Positions 49,201-62,612 of a DNA stretch of 64,000 nucleotides are shown piece after piece. The notes under the pieces were generated by a model. It had not been told where the DNA came from, ran no database searches, and worked only from the letters and a program-made list of their open reading frames with translations. Source of the stretch: Macrostomum hystrix (lineage: Eukaryota > Animalia > Platyhelminthes); contig CATNEN010000025.1 of the NCBI GenBank assembly GCA_950097015.1, forward strand, positions 4,216,001 to 4,280,000, in the 5' to 3' direction. The translations under genes were made by a program, and so were the position numbers. Each line of letters starts with the position of its first letter. The first letter of the stretch is position 1.

Positions 49201-52200
49201 TTCTGCCATCTGTGACCATTCACTGGATAGTTGCTTCTGCCATCTCTGACCATTCACTGGATAGTTGCTTCTGCCATCTGTGACCATTCACTGGATAGTT
49301 GCTTCTGCCATCTCTGACCATTCACTGGATAGTTGCTCTGCCATCTGTGACCATTCAATTGATAGTTGTTTCTGCCATCTGTGACCATTCACTGGATAGT
49401 TGCTTCTGCCATCTGTGACCATTCACTGGATAGTTGCTTCTGCCATCTCTGACCATTCACTGGATAGTTGCTTCTGCCATCTGTGACCATTCACTGGATA
49501 GTTGCTTCTGCCATCTCTGACCATTCACTGGATAGTTGCTCTGCCATCTGTGACCATTCACTTGATAGTTGTTTCTGCCATCTGTGACCATTCACTGGAT
49601 AGTTGCTTCTGCCATCTGTGACCATTCACTGGATAGTTGCTTCTGCCATCTGTGATCCTTCACTGGATAGTTGCTTCTGCCATCTCTGACCATTCACTGG
49701 ATAGTTGCTTCTGCCAACTGTGATCCTTCACTAGATAGTTGCTTCTGCCATCTGTGACCATTCACTGGATAGTTGCTTCTGCCATCTGTGACCATTCACT
49801 GGATAGTTGCTTCTGCCATCTGTGACCATTCACTGGATAGTTGCTTCTGCCATCTGTGACCATTCACTGGATAGTTGCTTCTGCCATCTGTGACCATTCA
49901 CTGGATAGTTGCTTCTACCAATCTGTGATCCTTCACTGGATAGTTGCTTCTGCCATCTGTGACCATTCACTGGATAGTTGCTTCTGCCATCTGTGACCAT
50001 TCACTGGATAGTTGCTTCTGCCATCTGCTGACCATTCACTGGGTAGTTGCTTCTGCCATCTGTGACCATTCACTGGGTAGTTGCTTCTGCCATCTGTGAC
50101 CATTCACTGGATAGTTGCTTCTGCCATCTGTGACCATTCACTGGATAGTTGCTTCTGCCATCTGTGACCATTCACTGGATAGTTGCTTCTGCCATCTGTG
50201 ATCCTTCACTGGATAGTTGCTTCTGCCATCTGTGACCATTCACTGGATAGTTGCTTCTGCCATCTCTGACCATTCACTGGATAGTTGCTTCTGCCATCTG
50301 TGACCATTCACTGGATAGTTGCTTCTGCCATCTCTGACCATTCACTGGATAGTTGCTCTGCCATCTGTGACCATTCAATTGATAGTTGTTTCTGACATCT
50401 GTGACCATTCACTGGATAGTTGCTTCTGCCATCTGTGACCATTCACTGGATAGTTGCTTCTGCCATCTCTGACCATTCACTGGATAGTTGCTTCTGCCAT
50501 CTGTGACCATTCACTGGATAGTTGCTTCTGCCATCTCTGACCATTCACTGGATAGTTGCTCTGCCATCTGTGACCATTCACTTGATAGTTGCTTTCTGCC
50601 ATCTGTGACCATTCACTGGATAGTTGCTTCTGCCATCTGTGATCCTTCACTGGATAGTTGCTTCTGCCATCTGCTGACCATTCACTGGATAGTTGCTTCT
50701 GCCATCTCTGACCATTCACTGGATAGTTGCTTCTGCCATCTGTGACCATTCACTGGATAGTTGCTTCTGCCATCTCTGACCATTCACTGGATAGTTGCTC
50801 TGCCATCTGTGACCATTCAATTGATAGTTGTTTCTGCCATCTGTGACCATTCACTGGATAGTTGCTTCTGCCATCTGTGACCATTCACTGGATAGTTGCT
50901 TCTGCCATCTGTGATCCTTCACTGGATAGTTGCTTCTGCCATCTCTGACCATTCACTGGATAGTTGCTTCTGCCAACTGTGATCCTTCACTAGATAGTTG
51001 CTTCTGCCATCTGTGACCATTCACTGGATAGTTGCTTCTGCCATCTGTGACCATTCACTGGATAGTTGCTTCTGCCATCTGTGACCATTCACTGGATAGT
51101 TGCTTTCTGCCATCTGTGACCATTCACTGGATAGTTGCTTCTGCCATCTGTGACCATTCACTGGATAGTTGCTTCTGCCATCTGTGATCCATTCACTGGA
51201 TAGTTGCTTCTGCCATCTGTGACCATTCACTGGACAGTTGCTTCTGCCATCTGTGACCATTCACTGGGTAGTTGCTTCTGCCATCTGTGACCATTCACTG
51301 GATAGTTGCTTCTGCCATCTGTGATCCTTCACTGGATAGTTGCTTCTGCCATCTGTGACCATTCACTGGATAGTTGCTTCTGCCATCTCTGACCATTCAC
51401 TGGATAGTTGCTTCTGCCATCTGTGACCATTCACTGGATAGTTGCTTCTACCAACTGTGATCCTTCACTGGATAGTTGCTTCTGCCATCTGTGACCATTC
51501 ACTGGATAGTTGCTTCTGCCATCTGTGACCATTCACTGGATAGTTGCTTCTGCCATCTGTGACCATTCACTGGGTAGTTGCTTCTGCCATCTGTGACCAT
51601 TCACTGGGTAGTTGCTTCTGCCATCTGTGACCATTCACTGGATAGTTGCTTCTGCCATCTGTGACCATTCACTGGATAGTTGCTTCTGCCATCTGTGACC
51701 ATTCACTGGATAGTTGCTTCTGCCATCTGTGATCCTTCACTGGATAGTTGCTTCTGCCATCTGTGACCATTCACTGGATAGTTGCTTCTGCCATCTCTGA
51801 CCATTCACTGGATAGTTGCTTCTGCCATCTGTGACCATTCACTGGATAGTTGCTTCTGCCATCTCTGACCATTCACTGGATAGTTGCTCTGCCATCTGTG
51901 ACCATTCAATTGATAGTTGTTTCTGCCATCTGTGACCATTCACTGGATAGTTGCTTCTGCCATCTGTGACCATTCACTGGATAGTTGCTTCTGCCATCTC
52001 TGACCATTCACTGGATAGTTGCTTCTGCCATCTGTGACCATTCACTGGATAGTTGCTTCTGCCATCTCTGACCATTCACTGGATAGTTGCTCTGCCATCT
52101 GTGACCATTCACTTGATAGTTGTTTCTGCCATCTGTGACCATTCACTGGATAGTTGCTTCTGCCATCTGTGACCATTCACTGGATAGTTGCTTCTGCCAT

Positions 52201-54215
52201 CTGTGATCCTTCACTGGATAGTTGCTTCTGCCATCTCTGACCATTCACTGGATAGTTGCTTCTGCCAACTGTGATCCTTCACTAGATAGTTGCTTCTGCC
52301 ATCTGTGACCATTCACTGGATAGTTGCTTCTGCCATCTGTGACCATTCACTGGATAGTTGCTTCTGCCATCTGTGACCATTCACTGGATAGTTGCTTCTG
52401 CCATCTGTGATCCTTCACTAGATAGTTGCTTCTGCCATCTGTGACCATTCACTGGATAGTTGCTTCTGCCATCTGTGATCCTTCACTGGATAGTTGCTTC
52501 TGCCATCTGTGACCATTCACTGGATAGTTGCTTCTGCCATCTGTGACCATTCACTGGGTAGTTGCTTCTGCCATCTGTGACCATTCACTGGATAGTTGCT
52601 TCTGCCATCTGTGACCATTCACTGGATAGTTGCTTCTGCCATCTGTGATCCTTCACTGGATAGTTGCTTCTGCCATCTCTGACCATTCACTGGATAGTTG
52701 CTTCTGCCATCTGTGATCCTTCACTGGATAGTTGCTTCTGCCAACTGTGATCCTTTACTAGATAGTTGCTTTTGCCATCTGTGACCATTCACTGGATAGT
52801 TGCTTTTGCCATCTGTGACCATTCACTGGATAGTTGCTTCTGCCATCTGTGATCCTTCACTGGATAGTTGCTTCTGCCAACTGTGACCATTCACTGGATA
52901 GTTGCTTTTGCCATCTGTGACCATTCACTGGATAGTTGCTTCTGCCATCTGTGATCCTTCACTGGATAGTTGCTTCTGCCATCTGTGACCATTCACTGGA
53001 TAGTTGCTTCTGCCATCTGTGATCCTTCACTGGATAGTTGCTCTGCCATCTGTGACCATTCACTGGATAGTTGCTTCTGCCATCTGTGATCCTTCACTGG
53101 ATAGTTGCTCTGCCATCTGTGACCATTCACTGGAAAGTTGCTTCTGCCATCTGTGATCCTTCACTGGATAGTTGCTTCTGCCATCTGTGACCATTCACTG
53201 GATAGTTGCTTCTGCCATCTGTGACCATTCACTGGATAGTTGCTTCTGCCATCTGTGACCATTCACTGGGTAGTTGCTTCTGCCATCTGTGATCCTTCAC
53301 TGGATAGTTGCTTTTGCCATCTGTGATCCTTCACTGGATAGTTGCTTCTGCCATCTGTGACCATTCACTGGATAGTTGCTTCTGCCATCTGTGATCCTTC
53401 ACTAGATAGTTGCTTCTGCCATCTGTGATCCTTCACTGGATAGTTGCTTCTGCCAACTGTGACCATTCACTGGATAGTTGCTTCTGCCATCTGTGACCAT
53501 TCACTGGATAGTTGCTTCTGCCAACTGTGACCATTCACTGGATAGTTGCTTCTGCCATCTGTGACCATTCACTGGATAGTTGCTTCTGCCATCTGTGATC
53601 CTTCACTAGATAGTTGCTTCTGCCATCTGTGATCCTTCACTGGATAGTTGCTTCTGCCAACTGTGACCATTCACTGGATAGTTGCTTCTGCCATCTGTGA
53701 CCATTCACTGGATAGTTGCTTCTGCCAACTGTGACCATTCACTGGATAGTTGCTTCTGCCATCTGTGACCATTCACTGGATAGTTGCTTCTGCCATCTGT
53801 GACCATTCACTGGATAGTTGCATTTGCCATCTGTGACCATTCACTGGATAGTTGCTTCTGCCATCTGTGACCATTCACTGGATAGTTGCTTCTGCCATCT
53901 GTGACCATTCACTGGATAGTTGCTTCTGCCATCTGTGACCATTCACTGGGTAGTTGCTTCTGCCATCTGTGACCATTCACTGGGTAGTTGCTTCTGCCAT
54001 CTGTGACCATTCACTGGATAGTTGCTTCTGCCATCTGTGACCATTCACTGGATAGTTGCTTCTGCCATCTGTGACCATTCACTGGATAGTTGCTTTTGCC
54101 ATCTGTGACCATTCACTGGATAGTTGCTTCTGCCATCTGTGACCATTCACTGGATAGTTGCTTCTGACATCTGTGATCCTTCACTGGATAGTTGCTTCTG
54201 CCATCTGTGATTCTG
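46290..54215. repeat. ~7.9-kb satellite of a 34-bp unit CCATTCACTGGATAGTTGCTTCTGCCATCTGTGA (~230 copies)
   Basis: Period 34 measured directly; recurrent variant blocks. Confidence 0.97.
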
Positions 54216-55034
54216 CATTGAATAGTTGCTTCGCCTTCTCCTGTGTTTGGCAGGGTACGAGAAAACAATGGTATCATAAATCATAAATAGATGAAAACGC
54301 ATAAATAATTTACAGTGTGAGCGTTAGTCACTACTGTCACCGGGTGAGCATTAATCAAATTAGTTAATTACACGTGTCAAAATAATCTCTCCGTTGTTTT
54401 GGCAAAACACAAGCACCTCCTGATATTGGACTTTTCCGTGAATTCTAAGCGACAATAACGCTATATATTCGGAATGGGAAGATAAACAGCTGCACTTTTG
54501 TGTACCCATAATATTGATTTCAGACAACATTAATCAGCACGCAGATAAACATTGATTGAGATTCCGTCTCAATTTTATAGCGTCGGAGAGAATAGGAATG
54601 AGGCTATCAAGAATAAGCCGACAGTATATAATATATATACTTACACACAAAGAAAACTATATGTTATAGTACCAGCCAACTGCAAGCAGAACATTTAAAT
54701 CCTTTTAGCGGTGATTGATGTTACACAAGCCTAACATGAAAATCTTGTTTGCATTCCTATTTACAGATATTTCGACTCACAAGCTATTCTTTCTCATGAT
54801 TCACTAAATTCACAATTCACAACTGTACTTGTGATTCACTCATGATTTACCAATGTTATGATTATTCTAACTTACTTTTCAGTGAATTACTCTACACCTA
54901 ACTCCCAAATTAGCTTGTTTAACAAGTTTACGATTCAGGTGTAACGTTGTAACATGTCAAATGTTAACTGTATAGAAGACGAATCTAATTTTTTAATGGA
55001 AGGCTGGTGTCATACTAAAATACGATGATACCTA

Positions 55035-55454
55035 CCCTGCAAAAAATTCGGCTGCTTCTTCGGCGGGTTTTTTGTGCAAAATAGGAGTGGAATCTACCAA
55101 AATCCCCCCTATCTCGCAAGAGTTAAAGAAACCACCCAGGAAGCAGCCGATGTAACCGTAAATTGTGCGAAAACCGCCGAAGAATCACCCGAACCAGTGG
55201 CCCATGAGACAACCAGAGAATTATTTACGGGCGATTCCTCGGCGGTTTCTGAGCATGGAATCTTCCGAACTGGAGGATTCTTTGGGTGATTCCATTTCGC
55301 CACCAAGAAGCACCGAGAAAACGCCCAGTTGGGTAGATTCTAAGCATGGAATCATCCGATTGGTATGTTTCGGCTGTTTCGGCTGTTTCTTTTTCTGGAA
55401 ACACCGCAGATTCCAACTGGAATCACCCAAAGAAACATCCCTATTGTTAGCGGG
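55035..55454. mobile_element. Putative CMC/EnSpm-like MITE (CCC...GGG ends flanked by TA)
   Basis: Ends TA-CCCTGCAAAA and TGTTAGCGGG-TA are imperfect TIRs. Repeated GAATCACC/GGTGATTC subterminal motifs occur in both orientations. Confidence 0.4.
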
Positions 55455-55869
55455 TAATCACTAATAACTCTATTTGACTCGCAAAGAGATAAGCGTGATA
55501 ACATTTCCTGGCTAAAACACGTACTAAGCTATGACTAAAAGGGTTATGAAAAAAAGCATTCAAGACATTACATTGTGTCAGTATAAATGAACCTTGTAAT
55601 CCACGACAATCAATTATTTTTATATTTTAATCTAAAACATGATATAATAGTACGAGTATTTACACTGCCTAAAAGAGACAGTCAAGATGAATAGAAGACG
55701 AAGTAGGTAAAATAAACAATGCAGGCACGTTTCATTCGAAACAGAAAGTAACAGGGACATTTTTAAGACAGACTGTCCCGTGCAGTGTGGAAAGTAATTG
55801 GAAATGGAAATCTGGCCATGTAACAGAGTAATGCAGATTTGGGAATAAAATGAAATTCAATGAAACGGG

Positions 55870-57610
55870 GGAAAGGGAATTAGGGAAATGGGAATTGGAG
55901 AAATAGGAATTAGGGGAATGGTGATGTAGGGAAATGGGAATTCGGTGAGTGATGATATGGGGAAATGGGAATTAGGGGAGTGATGATATGGGGAAATGGG
56001 AATTAGGGGAAGGGTGATATGGGGAAATGGGAATTCGGTGAGTGATAATATGGGGAAATGGGAATTAGGGGAATGAGATGATATGGGGAAATGGGAATTA
56101 GGGGAATGGTGATATAGGGAAATGGGAATTAGGGGAATGGTGATATAGGGAACTGGGAATTCGGTGAGTGATGATATGGTGAAATGGGAATTAGGGGAAT
56201 GAGATGATATGGGGAAATGGGAATTAGGGGAATGGTGATATAGGGAAATGGGAATTAGGGGAATGGTGATATGGGGAAATGGGAATTAGGGGAATGGTGA
56301 TATAGGGAAATGGGAATTAGGGGAATGATGATATGGGGAAATGGGAATTAGGGGAATGGTGATATAGGGAACTGGGAATTCGGTGAGTGATGATATGGGG
56401 AAATGGGAATTAGGGGAATGGTGATGTAGGGAAATGGGAATTCGGTGAGTGATGATATGGTGAAATGGGAATTAGGGGAATGATGATATGGGGAAATGGG
56501 AATTAGGGGAATGGTGATATAGGGAACTGGGAATTCGGTGAGTGATGATATGGTGAAATGGGAATTAGGGGAATGATGATATGGTGAAATGGGAATTAGG
56601 GGAATGAGATGATATGGGGAAATGGGAATTAGGGGAATGGTGATATAGGGAAATGGGAATTAGGGGAATGGTGATATAGGGAAATGGGAATTAGGGGAAT
56701 GATGATATGGGGAAATGGGAATTAGGGGAATGGTGATATAGGGAACTGGGAATTCGGTGAGTGATGATATGGGGAAATGGGAATTAGGGGAATGGTGATG
56801 TAGGGAAATGGGAATTCGGTGAATGATGATATGGTGAAATGGGAATTAGGGGAATGATGATATGGGGAAATGGGAAATAGGGGAATGATGATATGGGGAA
56901 ATGGGAATTAGGGGAATGGTGATGTAGGGAAATGGGAATTCGGTGAATGATGATATGGTGAAATGGGAATTAGGGGAATGGTGATGTAGGGAAATGGGAA
57001 TTCGGTGAATGATGATATGGTGAAATGGGAATTCGGTGAGTGATGATATGGGGAAATGGGAATTAGGGGAATGATGATATGGGGAAATGGGAATTAGGGG
57101 AATGGTGATATAGGGAACTGGGAATTCGGTGAGTGATGATATGGGGAAATGGGAATTAGGGGAATGATGATATGGGGAAATGGGAATTAGGGGAATGGTG
57201 ATGTAGGGAAATGGGAATTCGGTGAATGATGATATGGGGAAATGGGAATTAGGAGAATGATGATATGGGGAAATGGGAATTCGGGGAATGGTGATATGGG
57301 GAAATGGGAATTCGGTGAGTGATGATATGGGGAAATGGGAATTCGGTGAGTGATGATATGGGGAAATGGGAATTCGGTGAATGATGATATGGGGAAATGG
57401 GAATTAGGGTTAATGGTGATATAGATAAATGGGAATAAGGGGAATGATTTGGGGAAATGGGAATTAGGGGAATGATTTGGGGAAATGGGAATTAGTGGAA
57501 TGATATGAGGAATTGGGAATTAGGTGAGTGATGATATGGGGAAATGGGAATTATGTAAGTTATAATATAGGGAAATGCGAATTAGGGGAATGATTTGGGG
57601 AAACGGGAAT
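55870..57610. repeat. ~31-bp G-rich minisatellite GGGAATTAGGGGAATGGTGATATGGGGAAAT
   Basis: Period ~31; strong G/C strand skew. Confidence 0.92.
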
Positions 57611-58617
57611 TAGGGGAATCAGATTGGGACAAGTTGGAATCAGGAGATCGAATTACAGGTGGAGTGGAGAAGTATGAATTATGGGGAACGTAATAGGGAT
57701 TTAGGTAAGCGATCGGTTGAAATTAAGACTACGCATTTAAGAAAGCGTCATCGATTAAAAGAAAAATTAAAATTATAGATCAAATGACGTAGATTGAGTC
57801 CTAAAATGAGTCGACTCGTTACAAAGAACCCCGCCCCCAAATATCTAAGATGAAGGAAGGTAAACAGATTATAAGGGCCAACTGCCGCCAAGTAAAACGA
57901 CCTTTGAACGTTCTCCAAATTGTGCCTCAGCGGTGCAATAACAAAATAAACTAGCAGCAAAATACACTCGTGCGGAAGAGGAAAAACCGACACACGGGAA
58001 GCGGGGTAGGCCCGCATCTTTCAGGCTCTGGCTAAAATAACTCAAGGCTTTGCGCTAGCTCTGCTCATGATTGTTTAGTAAGAACTTAATCTGCTCAATA
58101 ACACTAGAAGGAAAGAGAGAGAAAGATTGTTTGAGCTTTTAGAAGGTCGCAGGGTTAGATAAGGCCATCGATAAGAGCCAGATAAGCCGGTCAGCTGGTG
58201 CGAGGTTGGACTTAAAAAACTATACTTTTTCCTAAGAAATCAAAAAGAAAGAGTCTGGGATGCAAAACGTATCTAGAGTCATTAAAACGATGAATAATAA
58301 TGTTTACATAGTTTAAGGAAGCACGCAACTGTTATTACTTTATACAGTAAGTAAGTTCACTACAAACGATATACTATTAAAAATGCTTCAGGCAGTCTAC
58401 GTAAAATGCTTTTAAAAGGAAGTTATTAACTGTAGAGCACTGAGCTCTGACTCTAAGGGGACATTTCTAAGGGTCCGAAAGGATTGAGTAGCGGAGAGAA
58501 GGCTTGGGGGCTTGTCGTGAGGGCGGGCAGAATCACCATAGATCATCAGCGACCATACCGACTACTAACAGTAGTCTGAGCGAAAATACAGATCTATATT
58601 AATTTTCATAGAGTTGT

Positions 58618-59606
58618 TCAGAATAGTCTGAGTTGGCCGGTGACGCGATCGATGTCGGGCTCCGGCGCCGGGCCGATGCCAAGCGCTGTGGCGGTGCCAG
58701 GCGCCACTTCGGTGAGGCCGGCGTCCGTCACCGAGGCAGCCGGCAGGCCGAGCCGGCGGGCTTCGGCCTCTAGACGGAGCAGTTCGACTGTTGACTCGGC
58801 GCGCAGGGCAATCTTTGGCTGGCCGAGCAGCTCCCATTGGCGCAGGGTCGAGCTCAGCTCTGGTCGACGACTGGCCGCACGGTAGCTGGCTAAAGCAGCG
58901 TGGGCGGCCTGCGGGCGGGGAGATTAGAAGAGACAACAGATATGGAGGCCAGATGAATCGCTATTCGCTAATGAATAAAAGTATTTTTTAGATAATTTAG
59001 ATAATTTAAAAGATAATCAATGGATCAGACGGGATATTTAATGGACCGAAGGGGATAATCAATGGACCGGAGGGGATAATTAATGGACCGGAGGGGATAA
59101 TCAATGGACCGGAGGGGATAATCAATGGACCGGAGGGGATAATCGGTGGATCGGATCGGATAAACAATGGATCAGAGGGGGATAATCAAGGGACCGGATG
59201 GCATAATCAATGAATCAGAGGGGGATAATCAAGGGATCGGATGGATAATCAATGGATCAGAGGGGATAACCAATGGATTGGAGGGACAATCAAGGGATCG
59301 GATGTGATAATTAATGGATCAGAGGGATTAAAAGAGGAGATAATCGAAGGCGCTCACCTGTGACGCCGCCTTGCCGCGGGACATGCCAACGTCGCTGCGC
59401 AGTACCAGCACCATCTTGACCCGGGTGCCCGTGGCTAATCTAGACAGGAGGCCGCCGACGCCTCCGCCGCTGCGAGCTCGGCCAGCTGACGTGCGGAGCA
59501 GCCAACCAATGGCGATACCGACAGCCAGACAGCCAAGACAGCCGCCGATGTTGCTGAAGCTGCTGAGGCCGACACTTTCATCACTTCTAGTTGCTTTGTC
59601 TGACAT
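58618..59606 (-). CDS. PTRH2: Peptidyl-tRNA hydrolase 2 (Pth2/Bit1) with N-terminal membrane anchor
   Basis: Exons 59606-59358 and 58908-58618, phase 0. Motifs KMVLVLRSDVGMSRGKAASQ|AAHAAL, WELLGQPKIALR and VTDAGLTEVAPGTATALGIGP, stop TGA. Confidence 0.93.
59030..59325. repeat. ~21-bp minisatellite AATGGACCGGAGGGGATAATC
   Basis: PTRH2 intron. Confidence 0.85.
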
Positions 59607-60656
59607 TTTCTATCTGAAAGCAAATAATTTAGTTTTAGCCAGATTTGCATATATTCGTCAAACAGATTTCAGCCTGCACTGTTCTAGGCAATTTTAAGTG
59701 GCTGACACAAATGCGAGACATTAGCTGAATTGAAAAACAGCTAGTTAGTTGTTGGTTTTGGACTTAGATATAGAGCAATAATGGCATTATTGATTAATTT
59801 TTACTGTCAGATGCACTAAAAAGTTCTTTTAAAATACTACAGAAGTTTGTTCCCTAGCAATTAGGAAGTGCTTATTCCCACGGTCCCATGCCGATAATTT
59901 CAATTTTATCCACATGGATCTGTGCCAATAATTTTCTGCTAATCCACACAGCAGCTTGTATGCATAGGTCTACTTTCAAGTCCCTACCTATTCTTCTCTG
60001 AGCATAAGGCTTTTGCTTCAGAGTATAGTGTATAGTGTACACTATCAATGCATAGTGTAAAAGAATAACAATGATTTATAATATGTGTGACGAGTTTGGT
60101 GCTGACTAGAATTCTGCTGGTTGACTCATATGATTTTCTTTGATAGACCTCTTACTTTGTTGTAAGTCAATACAATTCGAATGAAAACATGTAACAATGA
60201 CAAAAGATTTAGTAAGTTGTTACTAAAATAATTAAAATGGATGACATTAATGTCGGTTAATGAATATGTAGGTCGAAATGTAGTAACACTGTTGTAACAC
60301 ACTGGCAACTTTGTCGATCTATTGGCTTGAGGGTTCAACAAAACGTTCAAACCTGAAAATACCTCATTTCAAAGAACAGAACCATGTGGAAAAATTGAAA
60401 TTAATGGCACGGCATATTTATATAAAGAGTTTTAGACCTATTCATACAAGCTGCCGTGTGGATAAGCAGAAAATTATCAGCATGGATCAGTGTGGATAAA
60501 ATTAAAATTATTGGGTGGGACCGTGGGAATAAGCTCTGCCTTAGCAATTAATACATTTTACTTACTTTTCCTGAATTTTCTTTATTTTTTTAGTTGCAAA
60601 ATTTTTTCGTGTTAGGCCATTTAACTTACTATTAGTAGCTTCTTATCTATATACTA

Positions 60657-62612
60657 CTAGCTTTTTTTGCCCGTTGTTTTTGGGGCAGAAATTTAAAGCA
60701 AAGCAGTAAGCAATTCACGTCTCTGTATTAACTTTATAGTGAAGGTCACCATTTATTTATTTACTGCATTAATGAAAAGTGAAGAGTTTGTTTAAGGGCG
60801 TTTTAAGTAAAAAATAAGTGAAAAGTTTGTCCAAACAGCCCCCTCTTGATTACTTCTTTAGAAACATGTCTCTTAGCCACTCCTCTATACAGTCAGTGGC
60901 AGATCCAGGAATTTTGTTTTGGGGCGGTCTGTCAGGGGAGCGCCATGAGAATCACAGAGGGGGTGCCAGCGGCCGAAAAAGGGCGCCAGGAGCCAAGAAA
61001 GGGCGCCAGCGGCTGAAAAACGGGAGCCAGCGGCTGAAAAAGGGGCGCCAGCGGCCGAAAAGGGGCGCCAGTGCTGCGACTGGCGCTCCTGGTGGGGGCA
61101 TCTTATTCCCATGATTAAAATTTAGGGGGGCGACTGCCCCCCCACCCCCCCTAAATCTGCCTCTGTATACAGTATGCATGTACACGCGTAGACATGGAAA
61201 ATAGCCATAACATAACAATAACAATGTCAAAGAAACAAAATTAAACTGTTTCAGAGTTCAGAGTTAGACAGGTCAAGGTCAATTCGTGACTACTTTTCTA
61301 TTAATTGCTTGCGAGTCACCTCAAGGCCTGGGGATACACCACATTCTTCGTTCTTCCCCTTGGTGCGAAAATGAATAGGCCAGCTGGAGTTCCAACACGG
61401 GAGCAGGCGACATAAAGCTGCCCATGCGAGAAGCAAGGAGTCTCCAGGTTGATGCCAGCCACCTTCAGCGACTGTCCCTGAGCCTTGTTAATAGTCATCG
61501 CAAAGCACACTCTCACAGGGAACTGCAGTCGCTTGAACTGAAATGGCAGGTCCGTGGGGATAATTGGAATCCGGGGAACGAACACAGACTCTCCTCTGCC
61601 AGATCCAGTCATTATCGTGGCCTCAATCACGTGTGGGAAGAGCCGCCTGACTATCAGTCTGGTGCCGTTACACAGCCTTGGCGCATTCAGGTTGCGGAGG
61701 AGCATAATTGGTGCCCCAACTTTCAGCTGCAAGTTGTGCGATGGAGTTCCAGGAGGATCTAGAGAGTTCAGAAACTCAACAGGATACTCCACGGTGTCAT
61801 CAGTCAACGTTGTATCAATTGACTTGTAGGTGAAAACTGCACCTGGCAACTCCTGAAGCAGTTGGTAGTTAATTTCGTTGGCGGCATGCCGGCATCATTT
61901 CTAGGACACAGAATTGCCCTCTCTGACAGCCAGTCAACGTCAGCATATCGAACCATCAGGTTCGGGTAAACTTTTGCCTTGAGCTCCTGCACTGACTGCA
62001 CAATGTTTCCGATTGTAGCGATCGATGACTGCCCATCCTCGGTGCTAATCTCCAGCAGACCATTGCCGATTCGCAATAGATTGGCAGAGAACTCATGAGC
62101 TGTTTCGTCTCCTTGAATTGTAGCTCTCATGTTTGTTCGTAGATGCAACTTCACAACAGATGGCCACAGGTGAGATGATTTTAGGCAAGCATTAATCTCA
62201 TCAGCAGGAGTGCCACGCGGAATCACAGGCAGCGTCTGTCTAAAGTCTCCAGACAGCAGCAGAGTGACACCACCCATCAGTTGATCGCCAGCCTCTCTCT
62301 TTCTTCTATCCCAGGCTGGCTGGAGAGAAATATAGACCGGAGAGCCCTGCGCACTGGGACGCCACCGCACTCACCGCACTCAGTCTCAGTGCTGCTTGGG
62401 GGCCAGTAGACAGTCTAGGGGTTTGGGCTGTGTACATTCACGGCTTGAAATACAATGTACAGTCTAGGGCTTCGGCGCCCGGGAAAGGGAGGGGGTGGCT
62501 GTAATAAAATTTGGCCCGCAGAGTGGCGGAGGGGAGTTGGGGTGGCTGTCCTCGGAAAACAAAAAGTGACTCACTTTGAGATGATGCAGCTTTGCTCTGG
62601 ATTGAGTAGAGA
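60657..62612 (-). mobile_element. Helitron copy 2 (inverted, near-identical to copy 1, 5' part cut off by a nested insertion)
   Basis: Reverse complement of ~41899-43846, including the CTAG end at 60657-60660, the hairpin and the nested MITE. The helicase frame is broken by an 8-bp insertion near 61885. Confidence 0.9.
60894..61165. mobile_element. hAT MITE family B inside Helitron copy 2
   Basis: Same TIRs and TSD (TATACAGT on + strand, 60886-60893 and 61166-61173) at the same internal position as in copy 1. Confidence 0.85.

Noticed and set aside
46290-54215. CRISPR array (34-bp, weakly palindromic repeat)
   Set aside because: Units are head-to-tail with no unique spacers, there are no cas genes, and the context is eukaryotic.
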